NCBI GenBank assembly: GCA_041946805.1
Contig: JBHGBC010000023.1
Location: 10,337 to 74,336, forward strand
From: a bacterium
Lineage (GTDB): Bacteria; Hinthialibacterota; Hinthialibacteria; Hinthialibacterales; Hinthialibacteraceae
Direction: 5' to 3'
DNA length: 64,000 nucleotides
Shown: piece by piece, positions 39,926 to 50,625 of the stretch
How positions within the stretch are numbered: the first letter of the stretch is position 1
Layout of the letters: the number at the start of each line of letters is the position of its first letter
Program-made: the position numbers and the translations under genes
Notes under the pieces: generated by a model
Databases searched by the model: none
Told to the model about the DNA's origin: nothing
What the model saw: the letters and a program-made list of their open reading frames with translations, nothing else

Positions 39926-41341
39926 ATGATTCTAATCTCCAATTCGCTTCCCCGTTTGTCCGTCATCGGCCTGGGCAAACTCGGTTCGCCCATGGCCGCC
40001 TGTTTCGCCTCGCATGGATTCCAGGTCGCCGGCGCGGACATCGATCCGTCCAAGGTCGACGCGATCAACCAGGGCCGGGCGCCCGTCTGCGAGACGGATT
40101 TGCAGCGCTATCTCGATCGGTCCCGGGGGCGGATCACCGCCACCTGCGACACGGCCGAGGCGGTGGACTGGTCCGATGTGTCGTTCCTGATCGTCCCCAC
40201 GCCCAGCGATCCCGAAGGCGGATTTTCGCTTCGTTCGGCGCTGCCCGCGTGCGAATCGGTGGGCTTGGCCCTGCGCCGCAAAACAGGCTTTCACGTGCTG
40301 GTAATGACCAGCACGGTCATGCCCGGCTCGACGGATGGACCCATCCGCGCCACCCTGGAAGAGGTCAGCGGGAAGGTCTGCGGCCGGGATTTCGGACTTT
40401 GCTACAGCCCGGAATTCATTGCCCTGGGCAGCGTGATCCACAATTTCCTCAATCCCGACATGATCCTGATCGGCGAATCGGATACCCGGTCCGGCGATAT
40501 TCTCGAAGCCATCTACCGCCGCACTTGCGACAACCAGCCCCATTTCGCCCGCATGAGCTGCGTCAACGCGGAATTGACCAAACTGGCGGTCAACACCTTC
40601 ATCACCACCAAGATCACCTTCGCCAATCTGATCGCGCGCCTGTGCGAAAAACTGCCGGGCGGAAACGTGGATGCAGTCACCGCCGCCCTGGGCGCGGACA
40701 GCCGCATCGGAGCGAAATACCTGAAAGGCGCCACCGGCTACGGCGGGCCCTGCTTTCCCCGCGACAACCGCGCGCTGGCATTCCTGGCCCGGCAGGCGGG
40801 GACCCGCGCGCTGATCGCCGAAGCAACCGACCGGATGAACCAGGAAGAGATCCACCGCTTGACCGCGCTGGTTAAAAGCCACGTCCCGCGGGGGGGAACC
40901 ATCGGCATCCTGGGGCTTTCCTACAAGCCGGACACCGACGTGGTGGAAGAATCTCAAGGCTTGTTCCTGGCCCATAACCTATCGTGGGCCGGCTATCCGG
41001 TGGTGGCCTACGATCCCCTGGCCATGGAGAATGCCGCGCGCGTCCTCAGCCATTGGCCCCGCCCCTTGGAATCGGCCTCCATCCGGTTCGCCGCTTCGAT
41101 GCAGGAATGCGTGGCGGCGGCGGCCCTCGTGGTGATCGCCACTCCTTGGAAGATGTTCCACAACCTGCAACCCGGCGATTTCGCCCGCGGCTCCGGACCC
41201 GGGAAGGTGGTGATCGACTGTTGGCGCATGTTAGATTCCGTTTCCATCGCGCGGGTGGCCGAATATCACGCGTTGGGCCTCGGGCCCTCCCCCATCCCGT
41301 CAATCCAGGCGATGCAGCCTGAACAGGAGAGAGTCTCATGA
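39926..41341 (+). CDS. UDP-glucose/GDP-mannose 6-dehydrogenase family protein
   Basis: IGLGKLG, VPTPS, STVMPG, SPEF, catalytic GYGGPCFPRD and LGLSYKPDT. Confidence 0.9.
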   Translation: MILISNSLPRLSVIGLGKLGSPMAACFASHGFQVAGADIDPSKVDAINQGRAPVCETDLQRYLDRSRGRITATCDTAEAVDWSDVSFLIVPTPSDPEGGFSLRSALPACESVGLALRRKTGFHVLVMTSTVMPGSTDGPIRATLEEVSGKVCGRDFGLCYSPEFIALGSVIHNFLNPDMILIGESDTRSGDILEAIYRRTCDNQPHFARMSCVNAELTKLAVNTFITTKITFANLIARLCEKLPGGNVDAVTAALGADSRIGAKYLKGATGYGGPCFPRDNRALAFLARQAGTRALIAEATDRMNQEEIHRLTALVKSHVPRGGTIGILGLSYKPDTDVVEESQGLFLAHNLSWAGYPVVAYDPLAMENAARVLSHWPRPLESASIRFAASMQECVAAAALVVIATPWKMFHNLQPGDFARGSGPGKVVIDCWRMLDSVSIARVAEYHALGLGPSPIPSIQAMQPEQERVS

Positions 41342-42387
41342 ACGCTTCCTACTGGCAGGATCATCCTTGTCTGGTCACCGGCGGAGCCTCGTTTATCGGC
41401 TCGCACGTGGTCGAAGCCCTGTTGGCCCGCGGCGCCCGGGTGCGCGTGGTTGATGACCTGAGCAGCGGTGTGCTGGCCAACATCCAGAAATACATCCAGC
41501 AGGGCATGGTGGAGTTCATCCAGGACGACCTGCGCCGCCCGGGCGCGGCGCACCTGGCCGCGGAAGGCATGCGCACCGTCTTCCATCTGGCGGCCGATCA
41601 CGGCGGGCGCGGCTATGTCGATCTTCACCAGGCCGCCTGCGCCAGCAACCTCGCCCTGGACGGCATGTTGTTCCTGGCCTGCCGGGACGTGGGGGTGGAG
41701 AAAATCGTCTATGCCTCCTCCGGCTGCGTCTATCCCAACTTCCGGCAGACCGATCCCCAGGAAATCCTGTACCTGACCGAAGAGATGGCCGGCCCGCCCT
41801 ACGACGCCGACAATATGTACGGCTGGGCCAAGCTGATGGCCGAGATGACCCTGCAAGCCTACTGCCGCGATTGGGGCATGAAGGCGGTCTCGTGCCGGTA
41901 TTTCACCGTCTACGGCGAACGCGGCAAGGAAGATCACGCCGTCATGGCCATGATCGCCCGCGCCCTGATCCGGCAGAATCCCTTCACCGTCTGGGGCAAC
42001 GGCGAACAAATCCGCAACTGGACCTATGTCGGGGACATCGTGGAGGGCACCCTCCTGGCCGCCGAGAAGATCGAGGACGGCACGGCCATTAACCTGGGGA
42101 CCATGGAACGCACGCGCGTCATCGACGCCGTCCACGAAGTCATGCGCTACACGGGACGCCCCGCCCCCATCGAATTGCACCCCGAAATGCCCACCGGCCC
42201 CATGAACCGCGTGGCGGACAACACCCTCGCCCGCCGGCTGTTGGGCTGGGAACCCCGCGTGAACTTCATCGACGGCCTGCGCCGCACCATCGACTGGTAC
42301 TTCGGTGTCAAGGATCCCTTCGAAGTCCAGATGATCCTGGAAGGCGGCGGCCTGACCGAACGGAAAGTGGAAAACGTGGAAGTTTGA
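41338..42387 (+). CDS. NAD-dependent nucleotide-sugar epimerase (GDP-mannose 3,5-epimerase-like SDR)
   Basis: TGGASFIG, FHLAADHGG, YASSGCVYP and YGWAK (YxxxK); ATGA overlap with the upstream gene. Confidence 0.8.
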   Translation: MNASYWQDHPCLVTGGASFIGSHVVEALLARGARVRVVDDLSSGVLANIQKYIQQGMVEFIQDDLRRPGAAHLAAEGMRTVFHLAADHGGRGYVDLHQAACASNLALDGMLFLACRDVGVEKIVYASSGCVYPNFRQTDPQEILYLTEEMAGPPYDADNMYGWAKLMAEMTLQAYCRDWGMKAVSCRYFTVYGERGKEDHAVMAMIARALIRQNPFTVWGNGEQIRNWTYVGDIVEGTLLAAEKIEDGTAINLGTMERTRVIDAVHEVMRYTGRPAPIELHPEMPTGPMNRVADNTLARRLLGWEPRVNFIDGLRRTIDWYFGVKDPFEVQMILEGGGLTERKVENVEV

Positions 42388-42748
42388 AGACAAACCGGCC
42401 CCGGTGGTTCCCCCCTTTGATTTCTTCCTGCGCGCAACTTCTTTCAAGGATGAAATCAGGCAGGGTGGGTTGAACATCGCGAAAACCACCCTCACGATGG
42501 AATTCATCTTCCCACCCCGCCACCTCCCGGCGGCGAATTCCATCCCCCGCGCTAAAAGGATCAGGATGAGGGAAAGCCTTGATATGCCTTGCTTCGGCGT
42601 CCCTCGCTCATACTCGCTTCATACATAATCCAGTGATACACGATCTTTTCACAATATGCCAGCGAAGGTAAAATGATGTGGATGGTGGCTGTCATGCCCC
42701 TACCATGTAAGGGCCGAATCGCTACAATTCGACTGGATCGACCAATGG

Positions 42749-42837
42749 GGAGAGGTGTCCGAGTTGGCCGAAGGAGCACGACTGGAAATCGTGTAAGCCT
42801 TAAAAGGGCTTCGTGGGTTCGAATCCCACCCTCTCCG
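42749..42837 (+). tRNA. tRNA-Ser (anticodon GGA), CCA not encoded
   Basis: Acceptor stem GGAGAGG/CCTCTCC, anticodon arm CACGA-CTGGAAA-TCGTG, long variable arm, GGTTCGAATCC T-loop. Confidence 0.96.
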
Positions 42838-42897
42838 TGAATCCCCTTCCCCGGGAACCTTTCAATTCATTTCCCTTAAAGCCTATCCCTGGATTGT

Positions 42898-45800
42898 TCA
42901 ATTCCGGGCGGCGCTTTCGCTGAGGGCGGGAGTTTCGGCCGGGTCCGAATCCATGAGGATGATGCTGAAAGTGGAGCCTTTCCCTTCCACACTGGTAACG
43001 CCCAGGTGATACCCTAGCAGTTTGCACATCGACCGGCAGATGGCCAGGCCCAGGCCCGTGCCCCCGAACTTGCGCGCGGTGCTGTAATCCGCCTGTTGAA
43101 AGGCTTCGAAAATGATCTCCAACCGGTCCTGGGGGATGCCGATGCCCGTGTCGCTCACCTCGATCCGGCAGACCAGGGGAGTGCCGTCGGCCGGCCGGAC
43201 CCGCACTTTCACCCACCCTTCGGCGGTGAATTTCACCGCGTTGCCGATCAGGTTGATCAAGATCTGTTTCAGTTTGCTGGCGTCGGTCCGGAGGGGCAGG
43301 AGCGGCCCGGGGATTTCCGCCAGCAACTGCACCGGCTTGTCGCGCACCTGGCTTTCGAACTGCGCGAGAACATCCTGGACCAGGTCGGGCAGATGGATCG
43401 TCTGCAGATCCAGCTGCATCTTGCCCGCTTCCACCTTGGACAAATCGAGAATGTCATTGATCAGATTGAGCAGATGCGTCCCGTTGGTGCATATCCGGTC
43501 CAGGTAGAGCAAGTCCTGGTCTTGCAGCCGGTTGTGTTTGTTCTTCTTGAGGATGTTGGCGAAACCGATGACCGAGTTCAGCGGCGTGCGCAGTTCGTGG
43601 CTCATGTTGGCCAGGAAACGGCTCTTGGCGTTATTGGCCTCTTCGGCGCGGTCCTTGGCGGCCTTCAGTTCCACTTCCGCCCGCTTGTACTCGGTCATGT
43701 CCCGGAAGATGCTGCGGGTGGCCACCGGGCGGTGATTTTCCATCCGGCAGTTGACATTGCCTTGCACGATGATCCGCCGCCCGTCCTTGGAGACGAACAC
43801 CGCCTCCAGGTTGTTCACCGATTCACCCTGAAATACCCGCTGGAAGAGCTTCAGGCACGTCTCCTGGCTGGAGGGATGGAGGATATCGGGGAGCGTTAAC
43901 CGGGCCACTTCGGCGTCGTTGTATCCCAGCGTCTCTTTCCAGGCGCGGTTGACATAGAGGAACTTGCCATCGGGGCTCACGCTCTGAATGAGGTCGTTGG
44001 CATTGTCCAGAAAATCCTGCAGCCGTTCCTCGCTCTCCCGCAGGGCCCTTTCCGCGCGTTTGCGGTCCGTGATGTCGGTCGCGACATACAGATAACCAAA
44101 CAATTGGCCATCCTGCGACACCATGCCCGTCACGGCGGTGAAGACGTTGATCACCGATCCGTCCTTCTTGATGTACGTCCACTCGCGCTCCTCGAAACTG
44201 CCCCGGCGCGCCTGTTCATAGACCGACACGAATCCTTCCACCCGCGTGTTCAGCCGCCGGGACAATTCCCGCGCGTGCTCCTCCACCTCCGTGGGAAGGT
44301 GAAAGAGCATGGGCCGGTAGACGCCCACCACGTCCCCGGCCTTGTACCCCAGCATGTTTTCCGCCCCGCTGTTGAAGACGGTGATGATCCCGTCCGTGTT
44401 GGTCACAATGATCGCCACCTGGGTGGCCGCGTCGAGGATGGACTGCAACTTGGCGTTGGTGAGGGCCAGCGCTTCCTCGGCCAGCTTCCGGTTGGTGATG
44501 TCCTCGATGTTGCACAGCAGGTATTCGGGCCGGTTGTCGGGCCGCCGCACACAGCGCAGGGAGATGGAAGCGTAGATGATATCGCCGTTCTTATGGATAA
44601 ACCGCTGATCCATGGAATAGCCTTCGATCTCCCCCCGGATGATGCGTTCGTATTGCTCCGCGTTCTCGGCCAGGTCGTCCGGATGGAACAAATCCGTCCA
44701 GACCATCTGGCGCAGTTCCGCCTCCGTGTAGCCGAAAATCTCCTGCAGCCGGTCGTTGATCTCCACAAACTGTTTCTCAAGCGAAATGATGGCGTTGCCG
44801 ATCAACGACAGGTTGAAATACAACCGGAGGCGTTCTTCGCTGCGGCGCAGGCTCTCTTCCGCCCGCTTGCGTTCCGTGATCATCTCCACGAACATCAGCG
44901 TCCCGCCGATCCGGCCGTCGGATTCGTACCAGGGATGCGCTTCCCACCGCATCCAGTCGAGCGATCCGTCCTCGCGGAACAGGGGTTCATCCTCGCCGCG
45001 TTCGATATACCCCAACAGGCAGCGGGCATGGTCTTTCTCCCATTGCGGGGGCAGGTTGGGAATGACCTCCCGGTTCACCAGGCCGGTCAAATCCCGGTCT
45101 TCCAGATGGAAATCGCTGAGCCAGCGTTTGCTGTAAAGCAGATACCGCATCTCCCGGTCGAACATCACGATCGGGGCGGGGGCGTTTTGCACGAATTGAC
45201 GGAGCAGGTTGTCGGTCTGACGGCGCCCGGCGATCTGCTTCTCCAATTCCTGCTGGGTTTTCTCCATTTCCCGCGTGCGGCGGCTCAGGTACAGTTGCGC
45301 CTTTTCGAGTTGCTTGAGGGTGATGATCGTGCGCCGGTGGGTCCGGATTTGCATGGTGTGGACCAGATAGGCCAGCACACTGCATTCGGCCAGCATCACC
45401 CCGTAGTGGTCCCATCCGGCTGGATTGGCGGCTGTCCCGGCCACCATCAACCAGCCTAGGAACGAGACCAGCACCACCACGGTCAGCCAGCGCGTGGAGA
45501 GAAAGAAAAAACCCGACCCGGCGATCAGCACGGCCAGGTTGGTCGATTGGATGGGTTCCTGCGTGAGATACAAGTGCAGGGTGGAATTTAACCAGACCAG
45601 GCCCGCGATGCCGGCGCACAAGGGATGCGACCAGCGCGCGCGGATTCGCCGCCTTCCCAGCCGCCGGTACATCAGCAGCAGGACCACCGCCGTCCCCAGG
45701 GCCAAGGCGGTCATGCGGTATCTCATGAAACCGGGAAGCATGTTAAAATGCAGGACCGCCACCAGGGAATAAAAAATACACAATCCCAGGCAAATGGGTG

Positions 45801-45936
45801 GCAGATAGTCATACAAAACCCCATCCAACCATTCGCGCAATTCGCGGGGGGGCACCTTTTCCGCCATGAAGGGTGAAGCTGTCGTCTCCGGACTTGGATT
45901 TTTGGGTTCTGGATTTACCATCATCGGCTTAGGCAA
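42898..45936 (-). CDS. Membrane sensor histidine kinase with multiple PAS/PAC domains
   Basis: About 6 N-terminal TM segments, four PAS/PAC repeats, H-box FLANMSHELRTPL, NAVKFT, DTGIGI, GTGLGL; no receiver domain. Confidence 0.92.
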   Translation of the reverse strand: MPKPMMVNPEPKNPSPETTASPFMAEKVPPRELREWLDGVLYDYLPPICLGLCIFYSLVAVLHFNMLPGFMRYRMTALALGTAVVLLLMYRRLGRRRIRARWSHPLCAGIAGLVWLNSTLHLYLTQEPIQSTNLAVLIAGSGFFFLSTRWLTVVVLVSFLGWLMVAGTAANPAGWDHYGVMLAECSVLAYLVHTMQIRTHRRTIITLKQLEKAQLYLSRRTREMEKTQQELEKQIAGRRQTDNLLRQFVQNAPAPIVMFDREMRYLLYSKRWLSDFHLEDRDLTGLVNREVIPNLPPQWEKDHARCLLGYIERGEDEPLFREDGSLDWMRWEAHPWYESDGRIGGTLMFVEMITERKRAEESLRRSEERLRLYFNLSLIGNAIISLEKQFVEINDRLQEIFGYTEAELRQMVWTDLFHPDDLAENAEQYERIIRGEIEGYSMDQRFIHKNGDIIYASISLRCVRRPDNRPEYLLCNIEDITNRKLAEEALALTNAKLQSILDAATQVAIIVTNTDGIITVFNSGAENMLGYKAGDVVGVYRPMLFHLPTEVEEHARELSRRLNTRVEGFVSVYEQARRGSFEEREWTYIKKDGSVINVFTAVTGMVSQDGQLFGYLYVATDITDRKRAERALRESEERLQDFLDNANDLIQSVSPDGKFLYVNRAWKETLGYNDAEVARLTLPDILHPSSQETCLKLFQRVFQGESVNNLEAVFVSKDGRRIIVQGNVNCRMENHRPVATRSIFRDMTEYKRAEVELKAAKDRAEEANNAKSRFLANMSHELRTPLNSVIGFANILKKNKHNRLQDQDLLYLDRICTNGTHLLNLINDILDLSKVEAGKMQLDLQTIHLPDLVQDVLAQFESQVRDKPVQLLAEIPGPLLPLRTDASKLKQILINLIGNAVKFTAEGWVKVRVRPADGTPLVCRIEVSDTGIGIPQDRLEIIFEAFQQADYSTARKFGGTGLGLAICRSMCKLLGYHLGVTSVEGKGSTFSIILMDSDPAETPALSESAARN

Positions 45937-46134
45937 CCATGCGGAACTCTCCCGGCTTTTTCATCCCCCTGCCTTCCGCCAGACTGATATCCTTTCAGAA
46001 ATCGTTCAACTATTTCCTTCACCTTGGGGAGAGGGTGAAAAAAAGGGAGAGTCCCTCCATTAACCAGGGGGCCGGACAGCTTCAATTCCTGGCCTGCCAG
46101 GTCCTGGCCTGCCAGGCAGAAATGGGAAACGCTC

Positions 46135-46506
46135 CTAACCGGTATGCCGCAATCCTCTTTCGATCACCTCCAACAGAATCCGTTCGTCCAGGATGGGCTT
46201 AGTGACATAGTCATCGAACCCGGCGCTCAGGTATTTCTCCCGGTCTCCCGTCATGGCGTGGGCGGTCAACGCCACCACCGGCAGAAGCTTCAAGCGGTCA
46301 TTGTCCCGGATATGGAGCAGCACTTCCGCGCCGTCCATGCCGGGCAACGAGATGTCGAGCAGGACCAGATCGGGCCGGTCTTTCTCCAGTCCCTCCAGCG
46401 CCTCCTGGCCGGTTTCGTATTCGATCACTTCATACTGGTCCTCCAGGATGGCCTGGACCAGCAGACGATTGTCCGGATTGTCTTCCACAACCGCGATTTT
46501 TTTCAT
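46135..46506 (-). CDS. Single-domain response regulator (CheY/DivK-like)
   Basis: VVEDN, LLDISLPGMDG, ALTA and YVTKP motifs. Confidence 0.9.
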   Translation of the reverse strand: MKKIAVVEDNPDNRLLVQAILEDQYEVIEYETGQEALEGLEKDRPDLVLLDISLPGMDGAEVLLHIRDNDRLKLLPVVALTAHAMTGDREKYLSAGFDDYVTKPILDERILLEVIERGLRHTG

Positions 46507-46862
46507 GAGATCAATCGTGCCCGCTCCTGCCGCAATTGGTCTTGAATCCGGTTTAATCCTTCTTCGAGTTGTTGTAAAAGATCCGGGATGGATCCGCTCT
46601 GGCCCGCCATGGCCAATTGTTCGATCTGACCCGCCAGCTCGAACACCCGTTGTGCCCCGAAATTCCCCGCGCTGGAACGCATCGAATGAACGGCCCTCTG
46701 CACTCCGGCCCAATCGCCTTGTTTCTCGTGGGCCCGCGCTTCCGCCAACCGTTGGCCGCCGGATTCCAAAAACAGATCGATCATCTTAACGGTAAACGCG
46801 GCGCCCCCGATTTCCGTCAAATGCTCCAAGGCCTTGGGATCGATACCGCCGGATTCGGCCAT
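46503..46862 (-). CDS. Hpt phosphotransfer protein
   Basis: AVHSMRSSAGNFGA matches the Hpt H-box; helical, 119 aa; overlaps the REC start. Confidence 0.85.
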   Translation of the reverse strand: MAESGGIDPKALEHLTEIGGAAFTVKMIDLFLESGGQRLAEARAHEKQGDWAGVQRAVHSMRSSAGNFGAQRVFELAGQIEQLAMAGQSGSIPDLLQQLEEGLNRIQDQLRQERARLIS

Positions 46863-47124
46863 GGCCGTTGCCTTCCATTTTGCAATATTAAAATATAGGT
46901 TTCTAACCGCTTCCCTGAACGCGGCCCTTCCCCTGCTTTTATCGGCAACCCGCTGGTATTCCTGAAATTATCAGGCCGGGAAAGAGCCGCGGGAACCGGT
47001 AGAAAATCATTTGAAGCGGAATCCATTCCAATCCGGTTTCATCCCGCTACAATTAGAGAATCGCGCCCAGACCGGTCCAGTTCCGGGAGAATTCCAGAGG
47101 AAAACACAACCTTTGAAATCCGCT

Positions 47125-48495
47125 ATGAAGTATCATATTCAAACCTTCGGCTGCCAGATGAACGTGTACGACACCAAGTCCATGATGGGACTGCTCAACG
47201 GCGCCGGTCATGAGTTCACCGAAAATCTGGAAGAAGCCGAGATGATCCTGCTCAACACGTGCTCCATCCGCGAGGGGGCGGAACAGCGGGTGCGGGGCCG
47301 CATCGGCCAGTTGAAGCGTTACAAGGACCAGGGCCGGCTGCGGTTTCTAGGCGTGTGCGGATGCATGGGGCAAAAGGAAGGCTCGCTGCTGACCGACGCG
47401 GTTCCCTACCTCGACCTGGTGATGGGGCCGGGAGCGATCGGCTCCATCACCCGCCTGGTGGACGAACTGGAACGGGGCCATCGTCCGCTCGTGGATATCA
47501 ACGGCATCGAGGATGAGTACGACCAGCCGTTCCCCGCCGCCGAGGAAGCGGTCGCTTACCCCCGGTTCGTCTCCGTCATGAAGGGCTGCAACAAAAAATG
47601 CGCCTTCTGTGTGGTGCCGTCCACCCGGGGTCCGGAACGGTCCCGCGATCCGCGCATCATCCTTCAGGAAGTGGAAACCCTGGCCTGCAAGGGCTACCGG
47701 GAGATCACCCTCATCGGCCAGACCATCAACTCCTACCGGTTTGCCGGAATCCGGTTTCCCCAATTGCTGGCCATGGTGAACCAGGTTCCCGGATTGGACC
47801 GCCTGCGGTTCACCACTTCGTATCCCAGCACTTCGATCCGCGGCTTGTTCGAGGCCATGGCGTCCCTGGACAAGGTCTGTGAGCAGTTGCATCTGCCAGT
47901 GCAGTCCGGATCCAACCGGATTCTCAAGGCGATGCGCCGCACGTACACACGGGAGGAGTATCTCAGCCAGGTGCGGTATTTCCGGTCGCTGTACCAGGGC
48001 CGGGCCCTGCAGCCGGGTATCACCACCGACATCATTGTCGGCTTCCCGGGCGAAACCGAGGATGATTTTCAACAGACCTTGGATCTGGTCCGAGAGGCGC
48101 GGTTCGACGCCGCCTTCATGTTCAAATATTCGCCCCGCCCCGGCACGGCGGCGGCGGTCATGGAAAACCCGGTGGACGATTACATCAAGGCCCGGCGGCT
48201 CGACACGCTGCTGCGGTTGCAGCATGACATCGCGCGCGAGCAGAACCAAAATCTGGTCGGCTCGACCGTCGAAGTCATGATCGAACAATCGGCTCCATCC
48301 TCCATCGGAAAGATGGAATACGAAGGCCGGATGCGCACCGGCCGCATCGTGAAACTTTCCGGTCCTTCCGGCGCGTACCAGCCGGGAGACCTGGTCGGGG
48401 TTACCCTCACCGGATGTACTTCGTACACATTATTCGGACAACCCGTATTGTCCGCGGAATTCAGGCAAGGCGGTTGGAAATCCCATGTGGCGTAA
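47125..48495 (+). CDS. miaB: tRNA-2-methylthio-N6-dimethylallyladenosine synthase
   Basis: TFGCQMN, NTCSIRE, GCNKKCAFCVVP, HLPVQSGS, DIIVGFPGET and YSPRPGT motifs; TRAM domain. Confidence 0.93.
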   Translation: MKYHIQTFGCQMNVYDTKSMMGLLNGAGHEFTENLEEAEMILLNTCSIREGAEQRVRGRIGQLKRYKDQGRLRFLGVCGCMGQKEGSLLTDAVPYLDLVMGPGAIGSITRLVDELERGHRPLVDINGIEDEYDQPFPAAEEAVAYPRFVSVMKGCNKKCAFCVVPSTRGPERSRDPRIILQEVETLACKGYREITLIGQTINSYRFAGIRFPQLLAMVNQVPGLDRLRFTTSYPSTSIRGLFEAMASLDKVCEQLHLPVQSGSNRILKAMRRTYTREEYLSQVRYFRSLYQGRALQPGITTDIIVGFPGETEDDFQQTLDLVREARFDAAFMFKYSPRPGTAAAVMENPVDDYIKARRLDTLLRLQHDIAREQNQNLVGSTVEVMIEQSAPSSIGKMEYEGRMRTGRIVKLSGPSGAYQPGDLVGVTLTGCTSYTLFGQPVLSAEFRQGGWKSHVA

Positions 48496-49339
48496 AAGGT
48501 TGTTCCAGTTATCCATCGTTCTCATGACGCTGGTCTGGTTTCCGGGCGGGGGAATGGAACCATTCGGCCGGACGGCGTTCGCGCAGATTCCGCGACCCGC
48601 GTCCCAGACCTTCGACTCCGCCACGGAAAATTCGCTGAAGGAACTGCGGCGGCTGGTGTCGTCAGGCAACCGGGAGGCCGTCCGGAAAAAATTGGACCAA
48701 ATCATCCAAGGTTCGGGCTACATCGCTCCCCTGGCGCCGGTTTATTATCAAATGGCCCAGAACGAAACGAACGCCGCCGGCCTGGTGGATCTGTATATCA
48801 CCCTCATCGACAAGTGGACCACGTCCGCCTGGGCGCAGAAGGCGGTCATCGAGCTGGCGCCTTTGATCCTGATGAGCCGCGGCAGTTTGGGAACCGCCGT
48901 GGAATCCCTGATTTGGAAACGTGAGGCGGTTTTACTGACGCCCGCCAAGGACGCGGCGGAAGTGGGGGAAGATCCGCAAATTCTATGCGCGGATGTTTTT
49001 CTGAATCTGCTGCAACTGGCCCATTACCGGAACGATATCCTCCGGGTCCAGTCCCTGGCCCAAAAAGTGCCGGAGAAAGCCAAGAGCGCCCAGGATCAGA
49101 TCGATCTCGCACTGGCTTACGCGGCTCTCCGTTCGGAAAACAAGCCCCAGGCGCAACAGGCCTTGCAAAACTGGATCAATCAATATCCCGGATCCAAGTT
49201 CCTGCCCCTGGCTTACTACGCCCTTTTTCTGGCGGCGGACAACACGCCGCGGATGGAATCCGCCCTCCAAACGTTGGTGAAGACCTATCCCGATAACCTG
49301 GTTACGTTTTTGTTGCGCGAAGCCCTGGGGCAGCAGTAA
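48485..49339 (+). CDS. Secreted helical-repeat (TPR-like) protein
   Basis: N-terminal hydrophobic leader; helical repeats ending in YPGS/YPDN, as in Tol-Pal/BamD-type TPRs. Confidence 0.5.
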   Translation: MWRKRLFQLSIVLMTLVWFPGGGMEPFGRTAFAQIPRPASQTFDSATENSLKELRRLVSSGNREAVRKKLDQIIQGSGYIAPLAPVYYQMAQNETNAAGLVDLYITLIDKWTTSAWAQKAVIELAPLILMSRGSLGTAVESLIWKREAVLLTPAKDAAEVGEDPQILCADVFLNLLQLAHYRNDILRVQSLAQKVPEKAKSAQDQIDLALAYAALRSENKPQAQQALQNWINQYPGSKFLPLAYYALFLAADNTPRMESALQTLVKTYPDNLVTFLLREALGQQ

Positions 49340-49557
49340 TCCTTGGACTTCATTTGGTATATTTCATTCAATACTCCGGATTAGTTTGTTTATATACCAT
49401 TCAGCATATATACAAATTGTGCAATCCATCCCCACCTATCCGCGATAATCACTTCAAATTAATCAACTTAGCGTATCTAACCGATTCGACCACCCTTCCT
49501 TGACAACCCCCAATCCTATCTATTTTAATATCCATATAATCTCATTACAAAAGGAGA

Positions 49558-50625
49558 ATGATCATGATATGGGAAGCCCGCAACCGCAAAGGCAGGAGAA
49601 GGTCCCGGATCAGCATTCTAAAGGACTTGGCGGTAATCGGCTTACTGGTCTGGGTTGCGTGTCCTTTCGCCATGCCGGATACGGTCAAAACCCTGGATGG
49701 CAGCGTCCTGAAGGGAACCGTGACCAGCCTGGTGGACGGCAAGTTGGTCCTCAAGACGGATTTCGCGGGGGACATTATCATTCCGCTCGAAAAGGTAGCC
49801 ACGCTGGAAACCACCGAGGTCATGCCGATCCATTTGAACGACGGCAGCGTGATTACGGGCACCCTCCAGCCCTCCCCTCCCGAAAAGATGGAAGTCATCC
49901 GCGCGGAAGATCAGACCCGGATGTCCGTGGTTCCCGCGCAGATCACCGCCATCAATCCGCCCCCGCCTCCCCCGGTCGTGTGGCATGGCTCCCTGGTGGG
50001 CGACCTGACCATCACCGACGGCAACAGCCAGACCAAGGGCATCGGGATCGCGGGGGACATGTCGCGCCGGACCGCGGATGACCGGATCACGCTCAAAGGC
50101 GGGTATTTCTACACCGAGGATAAAGGCGTGGGGACACGGGACGATCAGTTCCTAGCCGGAAAATACGACTACTTTTTCAATGAAAAACTTTTCGGGTATT
50201 TGAACACCCGGTTGGACCGCGACGCCATCAAGGACCTGGAACTCAGGTCCACGGGAGGCGCGGGGCTGGGGTATCAATTCTTGGAAACCGACATATTCGA
50301 TCTGTTTGGTGAAGCCGGTATTTCGTACGTCAACGAGAATTTCACGAATTCCCCCGATCAGGCCTACGCCGCCGGCCGGGCCGCCCTGGGTTTCGGCTGG
50401 TGGATCGTGAAGGATATTGTCCGGTTCGAGGAAAACGCGGAAATCCTGGTCAGCGTGGAAGACGCCAACGACTGGCTGGGAATCTCCGACACCGGCTTGA
50501 TCTGGAAATGGACGGACCATTGGTCCTCGCGGGCGGGCGTCCGGTTTGAATACGACAACACGCCGGCCATCGGGCGGGAACGGGCGGACACCAAGTATCT
50601 GCTGGGTATCGGGTACACGTTCTGA
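49558..50625 (+). CDS. DUF481-family outer membrane beta-barrel protein
   Basis: GNS motif, G.G.GYQF, alternating beta-strands and a C-terminal beta-signal LLGIGYTF; start uncertain. Confidence 0.75.
   Translation: MIMIWEARNRKGRRRSRISILKDLAVIGLLVWVACPFAMPDTVKTLDGSVLKGTVTSLVDGKLVLKTDFAGDIIIPLEKVATLETTEVMPIHLNDGSVITGTLQPSPPEKMEVIRAEDQTRMSVVPAQITAINPPPPPPVVWHGSLVGDLTITDGNSQTKGIGIAGDMSRRTADDRITLKGGYFYTEDKGVGTRDDQFLAGKYDYFFNEKLFGYLNTRLDRDAIKDLELRSTGGAGLGYQFLETDIFDLFGEAGISYVNENFTNSPDQAYAAGRAALGFGWWIVKDIVRFEENAEILVSVEDANDWLGISDTGLIWKWTDHWSSRAGVRFEYDNTPAIGRERADTKYLLGIGYTF

Noticed and set aside
32927..42837. Genomic island integrated at tRNA-Ser
   Set aside because: No integrase is present, I found no duplicated tRNA 3' end, and the glycan locus lies 5' of the tRNA.
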